33,101 nucleotides of DNA, taken from Alphaproteobacteria bacterium (GTDB lineage Bacteria; Pseudomonadota; Alphaproteobacteria; CAAHEQ01; UBA3637). Under the pieces are notes generated by a model, which was given only the letters and a program-made list of their open reading frames with translations, made no database searches and was not told the origin of the DNA. The translations under genes and the position numbers were made by a program. This document shows, one piece after another, positions 17,788 through 25,690 of the stretch (position 1 is its first letter; the number at the start of each line of letters is the position of its first letter). Where the stretch lies: positions 1-33,101 of the forward strand of contig JAGCFA010000064.1 of the NCBI GenBank assembly GCA_017650375.1, given 5' to 3'.

Positions 17788-18716
17788 TTATTTTTTGTGT
17801 GCATCAAATAAATAATTTTTTGAACGCCAATAGTGCCTTTAATGACTTCTTTGGCGGCTTCCCATTCTTCGGGTGAGCTTTCCAGTCCCATAACATAAAC
17901 AACACCGCTTTCTACCACAATCTTGTAATTAGAAGCTTTGATGCCTTTTGTTAACATCAACTGCCCGCGAACAGCAGTTGAAATAGCGGCTTCATTAGAG
18001 GTATCGATAAATCCTTCAGCCTTGCCCAATCGGATATAGTTATAAACATGTCTGACCCCAGGGGTTCGCCAAGTGGTTTCTACCGCTTGATCAATCAGGC
18101 TGATTTCAGGCAAAGCCCCCGTCAATAAAACCTGTCCTTGAAAAACGGTTACTTGTACGTCTAACAAAAACTTAGATTGAGTGGCTGACAGATTTTTGCG
18201 AACAGCCAAATATAAACTAATATCACTTGCATCCTCATCAATAGGTCTGTCATCCATAATAACAGTGCCAGCCGAATGAACACCACTGGCCAATGTTGTC
18301 CAAATTTGACAGCTTGATAAACACAACACAAAAAGCAAAAGACAAAATGGACGCCATGCATTTTTTAAATGTTTTGGAAAATGTTTGGGGCTAATGAAAA
18401 CAGCATCATAACGAATATTAAAATGACGATATTGGGGATGGCGCATTAAAAACACTTCTGAAGAACGCTGGATACGGGTTTGATTTTTAGATCGAATAGC
18501 TAAGCGAGCTTTTTCTTCGGTAGGACGTTTTTTCACTTCCACAAAAACCAAAGTTTTACCCCGACGAACAATTAAATCTACTTCCCCAGCTCCTGTGCCG
18601 CGTCCCACCATAAAGTTCGTCTCTATGGGCCAATATCCCTTGCACATCAGCCATAGTAAGGCGATCTTTTCAGCAAAATGCCCCGCTTTATAATTTGTCG
18701 GCTTCCAAAACTTCAT
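17784..18716 (-). CDS. Single ORF fusing a YraN-family (UPF0102) endonuclease-like domain (aa 1 to about 120) to a two-BON-domain lipoprotein (DolP/OsmY-like) with an internal lipobox
   Basis: 310 aa. YraN hallmarks GHFAEKIALLWLMCKGYWPIETNF...GEVDLIV...LVFVEVKKR. Then RPFCLLLFVLCLSSC (lipobox LSSC, Cys codon at 18309-18311). Two BON-like units follow (LLDVQVTVFQGQVLLTGALP and YKIVVESGVVYVMGLESS). Confidence 0.75.
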   Translation of the reverse strand: MKFWKPTNYKAGHFAEKIALLWLMCKGYWPIETNFMVGRGTGAGEVDLIVRRGKTLVFVEVKKRPTEEKARLAIRSKNQTRIQRSSEVFLMRHPQYRHFNIRYDAVFISPKHFPKHLKNAWRPFCLLLFVLCLSSCQIWTTLASGVHSAGTVIMDDRPIDEDASDISLYLAVRKNLSATQSKFLLDVQVTVFQGQVLLTGALPEISLIDQAVETTWRTPGVRHVYNYIRLGKAEGFIDTSNEAAISTAVRGQLMLTKGIKASNYKIVVESGVVYVMGLESSPEEWEAAKEVIKGTIGVQKIIYLMHTKNN

Positions 18717-19497
18717 TATAGGCTTCCTTTTTGGATTTTCCTGTCAGTAATGCCCACACAAAAGCAGTATCTTTTGCAGATAAATTTTTGCGCAAATCAG
18801 AAATAGAAATGCTGGGTAATACTTTTTCTTTTTCCTCTGCCCCAGAAATTACCAACACGATTTCCCCCTTGGGTGCTTCAGAAAAATAAGTATTCAGTTC
18901 GGTAGGGGTTCCAGTTCTTACTTCTTCAAATTTTTTGGTAAGTTCTCGCACTACTGCCATCGGACGCGCGCCAAAAATTTTTTCAATATCCAAGAGAGTT
19001 TCCTTTAATCGGCGAGCTGTTTCATAAAAAATTAAAGTGGCAGGCAAATTTTCCACCGACTTTAATACATGTTGGCGGGCACTGGATTTGGGTGGTAAAA
19101 AGCCTCCAAAATAAAACTTGTCTGTGGGAAGGCCAGAGAGTTGAAGTGCTGTCAAAACTGCGTTTGCTCCAGGAACAGAAGTGACGGGAATTCCCTGTTC
19201 ATGACATGCCTTCACCAACCGATAACCAGGGTCAGAAATAAGAGGCATGCCCGCGTCAGATACAAGGGCTATATCCAATCCCGATTGTAATTTTTTAATT
19301 AAATTTTCGGTTGCTTTTTCTTCGTTAAAGTCATGATAGGCTGTTATGGCTTTTGCTTGAATCCCCAATAAAGAAAACAATCCTCGACTGGTTCTGGTAT
19401 CCTCACAGGCTACCAAATCTACGGAAGTCAATACTTCCCGTGCGCGAGGTGAAAAATCCCCCAGATTTCCTATAGGTGTTGCAACTAAATACAGCAT
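18688..19497 (-). CDS. rsmI: 16S rRNA (cytidine1402-2'-O)-methyltransferase
   Basis: 269 aa. MLYLVATPIGNLGDFSPRAREVL, CEDTR, SDAGMPLISDPG. Divergent from an LpoA-like gene and upstream of yraN, as at the E. coli rsmI/lpoA-yraN locus. Confidence 0.92.
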   Translation of the reverse strand: MLYLVATPIGNLGDFSPRAREVLTSVDLVACEDTRTSRGLFSLLGIQAKAITAYHDFNEEKATENLIKKLQSGLDIALVSDAGMPLISDPGYRLVKACHEQGIPVTSVPGANAVLTALQLSGLPTDKFYFGGFLPPKSSARQHVLKSVENLPATLIFYETARRLKETLLDIEKIFGARPMAVVRELTKKFEEVRTGTPTELNTYFSEAPKGEIVLVISGAEEKEKVLPSISISDLRKNLSAKDTAFVWALLTGKSKKEAYNEVLEADKL

Positions 19498-19576
19498 ATT
19501 TCTCCTTTTTAAAAAAGTCTTGAAAAATCCTGAAGTTTATTTTATCATAGAAAAACAAAAAACAAAAGGAGTTTTC

Positions 19577-20959
19577 ATGAAAAGAGTGTGGATTTTATTG
19601 GGATTATTCTTGTCGGGATGTTCTGTCGGACCGGAAATGACCTCTTTTTTTCACAATGAACGAGTAGCCTTTTCAGATCTGGAAAGTGATATCGAACCAA
19701 CAACAATCTCAATGATTTTGCCTTTGTCGGGTGTTTGGGCAACAACGGGAGATGCCTTTCAAAAAGCTTCTTTGTTGGCTTTGGACGAACATCCTGAAGC
19801 TCCAATACGATTGCTGTTTTTTGATACACAAAGCACAATTGAGGGAACACAAAATGCCTATGATATGGCCGTAACTCAAAAATCAGATATTATTTTAGGG
19901 CCTGTTTTTGCAGATGAATTTAAAGCCCTTCCTTCCCCGTCCTTGGTGAATAAACCTCTTTTGGGATATACATCGGATAATACTTTGTTAAATTCAGAAA
20001 GAGCTTCTTTTGCAGTACTAATTCCGGAACAAGTGAATGAAATTGTGCGTCAAAATTGCTTGTCTGGTAAACAAAAAATGGCAGTTATTGGTCCAGAAGG
20101 GAAAACGGGAGAAATTGTCATGAATGCTTTGGAAAAAGTAATTCCCAATTGTCCAAGAATGACTTTGGAAAAATACGCGCTCTATGATGCCAAAAAGCCG
20201 GATATGTCAAGCGATATTTTGAAAATTCTGCCGCCAGTTATTAATCCCAAAAAGAAGGATTTGACTGAAGAGGAACAAGAAATGTTGAATACCCCAATGG
20301 CCGAACGATTGGCGTTCGATAGTTTGTTGGTTTTTGAAGATGGCGCCAAGTTAACGCAAGTCATGTCTGTACTTGCTTTCTACGATGTAGATCCGACTGT
20401 GATTCCTATCTACACACTGGCCAGTGCTAAATTTTTGAAAGATCGTTCTTTAAACGGTGTTTTAATGACTGACTTACCCCCAAATCCCACTTTCGGCAAG
20501 AAGTACAAAAAAGCCTTTGGAAAACAGCCGATGCGTTTGGCATCATTGGCATATGATTCGGTAGGATGGATTGCCGCTGAATCTGTAAGAGGCCCTGTTT
20601 CTTTAAAAGTATTACGCGAAGGTGAGCCGTATCAGGGCGTTGATGGATGGGTACGTTTGAAGGCAGATGGAACGAATCAACGAGGATTACGTTTGGTGCG
20701 CAAAACCAGTCGTGGTGTGACAGAAGTTGTTCCAGCTCCTTTGGAATTGCCAGAAGAGGATGCCTCTTTTTTGCCAGACTGGATGATGGCCTCTATGACA
20801 GAAGAAGAATCAACTGATTCAGCATCAGAGTCCCCTGTAACGTTGGACGAATCCCCCGAGGCGTTGGTGCGATCCACCCTCGATGAACAGCTTCAGCCAA
20901 CTTCTGTGGATTCAGCCCCGTTACTGGATAATCCTGTCGACGCAAGCGCAACCCCATAA
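19577..20959 (+). CDS. LpoA/LppC-like penicillin-binding-protein activator lipoprotein with an acidic C-terminal tail
   Basis: ATG at 19577 is preceded by AAGGAG and gives MKRVWILLGLFLSGC (lipobox). Periplasmic-binding-protein-like core (ISMILPLSGVWATTGDAFQKASLLALDE). The track TTG start at 19520 is rejected. The last 55 or so codons lie antisense to the hemW 3' end. Confidence 0.7.
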   Translation: MKRVWILLGLFLSGCSVGPEMTSFFHNERVAFSDLESDIEPTTISMILPLSGVWATTGDAFQKASLLALDEHPEAPIRLLFFDTQSTIEGTQNAYDMAVTQKSDIILGPVFADEFKALPSPSLVNKPLLGYTSDNTLLNSERASFAVLIPEQVNEIVRQNCLSGKQKMAVIGPEGKTGEIVMNALEKVIPNCPRMTLEKYALYDAKKPDMSSDILKILPPVINPKKKDLTEEEQEMLNTPMAERLAFDSLLVFEDGAKLTQVMSVLAFYDVDPTVIPIYTLASAKFLKDRSLNGVLMTDLPPNPTFGKKYKKAFGKQPMRLASLAYDSVGWIAAESVRGPVSLKVLREGEPYQGVDGWVRLKADGTNQRGLRLVRKTSRGVTEVVPAPLELPEEDASFLPDWMMASMTEEESTDSASESPVTLDESPEALVRSTLDEQLQPTSVDSAPLLDNPVDASATP

Positions 20960-21845
20960 TCAGGCGTTCTAATTTTACTTGTTCTAGCGAGAGTTTTTCT
21001 TGAGAGGTTTGTTTTGTCAGCCAATCGCCCACCCAACGTTCGTTTTGGGTGGCAATATTGCCGATACGTCCTTGAGCACTGGGACCAACGCCAATAAAAT
21101 CCCCCCCCGTCCAATAAAGCATGTTATGGCGACTTTCTTCACCAGGACATGCATAGTTGGACACTTCATAAGCTGGAATACCCGCTTTATCCATGATTTC
21201 ATCGGTAAGTTTATATAAACGTACGGCCTGTTCATCAGAACAGGTTTTTACCTGTTTTTTGCCAAAAACGGTATTTTCCTCAACAGTTAATTGATAGAGT
21301 GAATAATGGCCTAGATCCAATGTTAATGCCGTTTGCAGTTCATCTTGCCACGATTTCAAACTTTGACGGGGCAGGGCATACATTAAATCCATATTGACTC
21401 TAGGAAAAATTTTGGATGCGTTCTTAACACAATTATATGCAGTTTCTACACTATGCCTGCGTCCCAAAAATTTTAAGTGGCCTGGGCGAAGGGATTGAAC
21501 TCCTATTGATAAACGATTAACGCCAGAATCCCGAAAAAAACGCATTTTCGATACTGTAATCGCATCAGGGTTTGCCTCTAAGGTAATTTCAGCACTTTTA
21601 TCAATTTGAAAGTGTTCGGTAATTTCTTTCATTAAAAAATAAAAAAAGGATTCAGTCATTAAAGAGGGGGTTCCCCCGCCAAAATAAATACTAGTCAAAG
21701 TTCCCTTTGGGGCATTTCGAATATCGCGTTGATAGCCGGCCTTTAAAAGCTCTTCTTTCCCGATCATGGGGCGGGAAGCAAAATCACAATAGGGGCATTT
21801 AGATAGGCAATATGGCCAATGAAGATAAAGCCCTAATTTTTCCAT
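20793..21845 (-). CDS. hemW: Radical SAM heme chaperone HemW (oxygen-independent coproporphyrinogen oxidase-like)
   Basis: The ATG at 21845 gives MEKLGLYLHWPYCLSKCPYCDFAS (CxxxCxxC radical SAM motif) and has AAAGGA 9 nt upstream. Also GGGTPS and a HemN_C-like C-terminus. I prefer this over the TTG at 21863. Confidence 0.88.
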   Translation of the reverse strand: MEKLGLYLHWPYCLSKCPYCDFASRPMIGKEELLKAGYQRDIRNAPKGTLTSIYFGGGTPSLMTESFFYFLMKEITEHFQIDKSAEITLEANPDAITVSKMRFFRDSGVNRLSIGVQSLRPGHLKFLGRRHSVETAYNCVKNASKIFPRVNMDLMYALPRQSLKSWQDELQTALTLDLGHYSLYQLTVEENTVFGKKQVKTCSDEQAVRLYKLTDEIMDKAGIPAYEVSNYACPGEESRHNMLYWTGGDFIGVGPSAQGRIGNIATQNERWVGDWLTKQTSQEKLSLEQVKLERLIMGLRLRRQDYPVTGLNPQKLAEAVHRGWIAPTPRGIRPTLQGTLMLNQLILLLS

Positions 21846-21847
21846 GC

Positions 21848-21876
21848 TTGACAATCCTTTCAAAAAAAGCTATTCT
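21848..21876 (+). promoter_or_regulatory. Sigma-70-type promoter for hpf-ptsN-rnhA
   Basis: TTGACA (21848-21853), 17-nt spacer, TATTCT (21871-21876). SD AAGGAAGGA lies before the ATG at 21915. Confidence 0.4.
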
Positions 21877-21914
21877 CTTTTTCAGAGCTTAATTTTAACG
21901 AAAGGAAGGAAAAA

Positions 21915-22463
21915 ATGCAAATTACTTTAACAGGTCATCAAATTGATTTGGGCGCTAGCTGGCGTGAATATGCCGAAGAAGCAATCGCAGGTGTTGTAAC
22001 TAAATATTTTGAAAAAGCGACGGAAGCAACAGTTTGTGTATCCCATGAAGGAACCGATTTTAAAACAGAAATTACAGTGCGTCCGGGGACTGGACTGGTT
22101 ATTTCCTCTTCCGGTCAGGCTGTGGATGCTTATGGGGCTTTGGATGAAGCTGTTCGCAAAATGGGACGCCAGCTGAAAAAATACAAAAATAAGATGGTGG
22201 AACACAAAGCTGATTCTTTACAAAAAGTAGCAGTATCTGTTCTTAGTGCTCCTACAGAAGAACCTATTGGGGATGCTCCTGTCATTATTGCTGAAATGCA
22301 AGAAGATATGCCCACTTGTACTGTTGGTCAAGCTGTGATGCAAATGGATTTAGCTGGATTGCCGGCTTATTTATTCCGTAATTCTGCCCATGGTGAATTG
22401 AACATGGTATATCGTCGTAATGACGGCAATATTGGTTGGGTGGATCCGAACAATAAAAAATAA
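21915..22463 (+). CDS. hpf: Ribosome hibernation promoting factor (long form)
   Basis: 182 aa. N-terminal RaiA/S30AE-like domain (MQITLTGHQIDLG...) and a C-terminal dimerisation domain (GQAVMQMDLAGLPAYLFRNSAHGELNMVYRRNDGNIGWV). Followed by ptsN, as in proteobacterial rpoN-region clusters. Confidence 0.9.
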   Translation: MQITLTGHQIDLGASWREYAEEAIAGVVTKYFEKATEATVCVSHEGTDFKTEITVRPGTGLVISSSGQAVDAYGALDEAVRKMGRQLKKYKNKMVEHKADSLQKVAVSVLSAPTEEPIGDAPVIIAEMQEDMPTCTVGQAVMQMDLAGLPAYLFRNSAHGELNMVYRRNDGNIGWVDPNNKK

Positions 22464-22472
22464 GGAGTCCTT

Positions 22473-22928
22473 ATGAAAATCCAAGATATTTTAGACGCAG
22501 ATAGTGTTTGGGTGGAAACCAGTGCTCTTCCCAAAAGAAGAATATTGGAAAAAATGGCGCATCTGGCATCAGAAAAAACAGGCCAACCCGAAACACTGAT
22601 CTTGGATGCTTTGATTGAACGGGAACGTTTGGGAACAACAGGGATTGGTCGAGGTGTGGCCATCCCTCATTCCCCTATTCCTAAATTAAAGAAAATCTTT
22701 TGTGCGTTTGTGAAGACGGCTCCCATGGATTTTGAAGCTACAGACGGGAAACCGGTTGAGTTTTTGTTTTTATTGTTGGTGCCTTCAAACGCAGGAGCGG
22801 ATCATTTGAAGGCTTTGGCAAGGCTGTCGCGCCTTTTAAGAAATGAGAAAGCGTTATCTGCTCTGAAAAAATCTGAATTACCGAAAGAACTGTATAAAAT
22901 TATTATCGCTAACGACACGGATGAGTGA
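22473..22928 (+). CDS. ptsN: PTS IIA-like nitrogen regulatory protein PtsN (EIIA-Ntr)
   Basis: 151 aa. RERLGTTGIGRGVAIPHS (phosphorylatable His motif), FLLLVPSNAGADHLKALARLSRLL. SD AAGGAG lies upstream. Confidence 0.88.
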   Translation: MKIQDILDADSVWVETSALPKRRILEKMAHLASEKTGQPETLILDALIERERLGTTGIGRGVAIPHSPIPKLKKIFCAFVKTAPMDFEATDGKPVEFLFLLLVPSNAGADHLKALARLSRLLRNEKALSALKKSELPKELYKIIIANDTDE

Positions 22929-23364
22929 GAATAAACTTTATTTGTATACAGATGGTGCATGCTCAGGAAATCCTGGACCGGGTGGATGGGCGTGTTTATT
23001 GAAATATAAAGAACACACCAAGGAAATTTCAGGGGGAGCAAAAGAAACCACAAACAATCAGATGGAACTCACTGCGGTTATTGAAGGATTGTCTTTATTA
23101 AAGAAACCTTGCGAAATAGAGTTGTTTACTGACAGTAAATATGTTTTAGAAGGGGCAACCAAATGGTTGGAAGGATGGATTCAAAAGGGGTGGAAAAAAG
23201 CCGATAAAAAGCCAGTCCTTAATCGTGACCTATGGGAAAAATTAATTCCCCTTTTTGAAAAGCATACCATCACTTGGCATTGGGTTAAAGGTCATGCCGG
23301 TCATCCGGAAAATGAACGGGTTGATGCGATGGCGTGTCAACAGCGTGATATTTTTGCCAGTTAA
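22921..23364 (+). CDS. rnhA: Ribonuclease HI
   Basis: 147 aa. LYTDGACSGNPGPGGWA, TNNQMELTAVIEGL, TDSKYV, WHWVKGHAGHPENERVD. The start overlaps the ptsN stop by 8 nt. Confidence 0.93.
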   Translation: MSENKLYLYTDGACSGNPGPGGWACLLKYKEHTKEISGGAKETTNNQMELTAVIEGLSLLKKPCEIELFTDSKYVLEGATKWLEGWIQKGWKKADKKPVLNRDLWEKLIPLFEKHTITWHWVKGHAGHPENERVDAMACQQRDIFAS

Positions 23365-24898
23365 TTAAAAATGATTTCACTGTTTTAAAATCTGTATGAG
23401 GGGGCAAAATGACTCTTATCCCCTTTTCTTGCCAAAAAATTAAATCATTTTTGGGGCGGTGATATATATTCTTTAGGGCTTTTCCAAATGGTGTATCCGG
23501 ATGGACAAAGTGTACGTTGGAAAGAGATTTCCAAGGGGCACAATTTTGACAGACAATCGTCAGTCCAGATGGATTAATGGTGTTTTGATAAGGAATCATC
23601 GGGCGTGTTGATTGCCAGATGAAGAGTCCTAACAAAAAAAGTGTTGGTGTCAAAAAGGCTAAATTAAAGCGAAAGAAATTTTGTTTTTTGGCCTGACGCA
23701 ATAAAGAACCAAATTCATCTGTCTTTAGATACAAATAAACGAAGGGAAGACAAACTTCAATCCAAATAACAATAAACCACAGAGCAAATAAGGAGGGTGA
23801 TAAATCGGGGATTTTGATGGTTAAGGGCCAAATCACAAATAAAGCTAAAGCCCAAAGATACTTTTGTGGCGGGATAAAACAAACCAAAGCTAATAGTAAA
23901 ATATTGAAAAGAATGATATCAAATGGGACGAATTGTTGCCATGCTATCTTTCCAATTAAAGCAAGAGGGAGAAATAAGCAAAGGCGGATTATCTGTTTTT
24001 GCCATAATTTTTTAGTGCGAGCAATCCCTAAACCCCACCACACAAACAAAGGTGTCATAAAAAATAATGACCACCCCATCCACCAAATGGACCAAGGGGC
24101 AGAAGGTGATGGGAGTGGCTTTGCTTCTTTTTCCATAACAACGGGTACACGAAAATAGCCCTTGTTTGTCAGTAAAATCCATTCTTTTGAAGAACCAACA
24201 GCCCAAGGTTTAGTTTGAACATACATGGATAAGCCAGTTTCTTCCAATTGAGTTGTCAGGACTTGAAAATCTTCCTCTGTTGTTGTTTGTAAAAAGGCAA
24301 TTTCAGGACGACGAATCCCCGAAAAGGTAAAATAAATATTTCCCCCTTTGGTTATTGCTGTTCCTGTAATGCCTTGAACAGAGGCAGGCAAGGGTGAAAA
24401 GTGTTGTTTTTTTATAATATAAGAACAAAGGGATGTATATTCGGCTTCACGAGCTGAAAGTGGCAAGCTTAAACGCAAAGGAAATGTCAGACATTTACCG
24501 TTTCGACAAAGGGGGAAGTCTCCTTGAACGCCAAATTCAAAATCATTTTTTTCTGTGGGGTTTCTGGCATAGACAAGAGGAAAGAATAAATTTCCCTGAT
24601 AAGTCACATCTTTACCAGATCCAGCAACGACAGGGGATTCTATCCAAGATGGTAAATCTGTGGACAGTGGTTTAAGAGAAGGTTTTTTCATTGTCCAATC
24701 GGCATTCAAATTGACCTCTAATCCTCCCACGACCATTGAAAGATCATCCACGCCGGATGAACAAGAAACTAAACGCATTTTTCCAAAAGGAAGCTCATGC
24801 CATTCGCCGATTCCGGCTTCTGGAGAAGGGATGAAATCTGCCAAACTTTGACCGCAAAGCAGAATCATCATCCACAAAAATAAAATGCGAAAAATCAT
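23285..24898 (-). CDS. DsbD/ScsB-like thiol:disulfide interchange membrane protein (divergent)
   Basis: 537 aa. Signal peptide, then a periplasmic N-domain ending in FPLCRNGKCLTFPL (DsbD-N-like Cys pair). A block of about 6 helices has Cys in VCFIPP and VCLPF. The C-terminal domain carries CxxC (IVCQNCAPW). Architecture was recognised by eye only. Confidence 0.5.
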   Translation of the reverse strand: MIFRILFLWMMILLCGQSLADFIPSPEAGIGEWHELPFGKMRLVSCSSGVDDLSMVVGGLEVNLNADWTMKKPSLKPLSTDLPSWIESPVVAGSGKDVTYQGNLFFPLVYARNPTEKNDFEFGVQGDFPLCRNGKCLTFPLRLSLPLSAREAEYTSLCSYIIKKQHFSPLPASVQGITGTAITKGGNIYFTFSGIRRPEIAFLQTTTEEDFQVLTTQLEETGLSMYVQTKPWAVGSSKEWILLTNKGYFRVPVVMEKEAKPLPSPSAPWSIWWMGWSLFFMTPLFVWWGLGIARTKKLWQKQIIRLCLFLPLALIGKIAWQQFVPFDIILFNILLLALVCFIPPQKYLWALALFVIWPLTIKIPDLSPSLFALWFIVIWIEVCLPFVYLYLKTDEFGSLLRQAKKQNFFRFNLAFLTPTLFLLGLFIWQSTRPMIPYQNTINPSGLTIVCQNCAPWKSLSNVHFVHPDTPFGKALKNIYHRPKNDLIFWQEKGIRVILPPHTDFKTVKSFLINWQKYHAVDTPSHQPVHFPDDRHDL

Positions 24899-24935
24899 TT
24901 TTTATCCTTTTTAATACAGTATAGCAAAAAAAAAC

Positions 24936-24964
24936 TTGATTGTCTTTAAAAAAAACGCTAAAAT
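24936..24964 (+). promoter_or_regulatory. Sigma-70-type promoter for infC
   Basis: TTGATT (24936-24941), 17-nt spacer, TAAAAT (24959-24964), about 35 nt upstream of the ATT start. Confidence 0.45.
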
Positions 24965-24998
24965 AAAAAAGTGTTAACATTTTTTTGGAGAATGAACT

Positions 24999-25535
24999 AT
25001 TTTAAATTTAAATAAAGCCTCTTCATCGGGCAAAGATGAACCCAGAATCAATGAGCAAATTACTGCTCCTCAAGTGCGTTTAATTTTACAAAATGGCGAA
25101 AATGTCGGTATTGTTGTTTTGCGTGAAGCGTTACGCAGAGCCAAAGAAGCTGACCTGGATTTAGTGGAAATTTCCAATGCTGGCAATATGTCCGTTTGTA
25201 AGGTATTGGATGCAGGTAAGTATAAATATGAATTACAAAAGCGTCGCCAAGAAGCTAAAAAGAAACAAAAAGTGGTGGAAGTAAAAGAAATTAAATTTAC
25301 ACCCAACATTGGCGACAATGACTATGCTTTTAAAATGCGGAATGCCCGTAAATTTTTGGAAGAAGGTAATAAAGTTAAATTTACAATTCGTTTCCGTGGA
25401 CGAGAAATGTCTTATCAAGATTTGGGTGGCGACGTTTTAAAACGTGCCGAAACCGAAGTGGCAGATATTGCTAAAGTGGAAAATGCGCCCAAGGTAGAAG
25501 GGCGTAATATGAGTATGTTGGTCGCCCCAAAATAA
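24999..25535 (+). CDS. infC: Translation initiation factor IF-3, initiating at ATT
   Basis: The frame is open from 24996 (TGA at 24993-24995). The conserved N-terminus PRINEQITAPQVRLILQNGENVGIV lies upstream of the track GVG-type start, GTG at 25074. The only plausible initiator is ATT at 24999, with GGAG 8 nt upstream. This gives 178 aa, the normal IF-3 size. Confidence 0.85.
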   Translation: MLNLNKASSSGKDEPRINEQITAPQVRLILQNGENVGIVVLREALRRAKEADLDLVEISNAGNMSVCKVLDAGKYKYELQKRRQEAKKKQKVVEVKEIKFTPNIGDNDYAFKMRNARKFLEEGNKVKFTIRFRGREMSYQDLGGDVLKRAETEVADIAKVENAPKVEGRNMSMLVAPK

Positions 25536-25690
25536 AAATCAGAATAACATTTAAAAAGGTTTTGATTTTTTGTCAGTTGTAGGGTGTTTATCAACGAAAG
25601 GAAGATAACGAACCAAAAAACAACTCAAGATTACTATATAGTCACCCCGCATTTACTAAAGGGAAAAAGGAAATATTAGCTGGTTCAGTA

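Noticed and set aside
18161-18361. Alternative-frame 66-aa ORF at the YraN/BON junction. It begins TAA-AAA-ATG and encodes a hydrophobic MHGVHFVFCFLCC..., which could have been the real start of a separate BON gene.
   Set aside because: BON-domain similarity and the lipobox continue in the main YraN frame, not in this frame. The alternative product has no BON features.
25074-25076. GTG at 25074 as the infC start (track call)
   Set aside because: It would delete the conserved RINEQITAPQ segment. ATT at 24999 with GGAG upstream is the better start (see findings).
25534-25570. Hairpin after infC (AAAATCAGAAT ... GTTTTGATTTT)
   Set aside because: The stem is almost purely A-U with two G-U pairs and a 13-nt loop, and the T-run is part of the stem. 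This is too weak to call an intrinsic terminator without a folding calculation.
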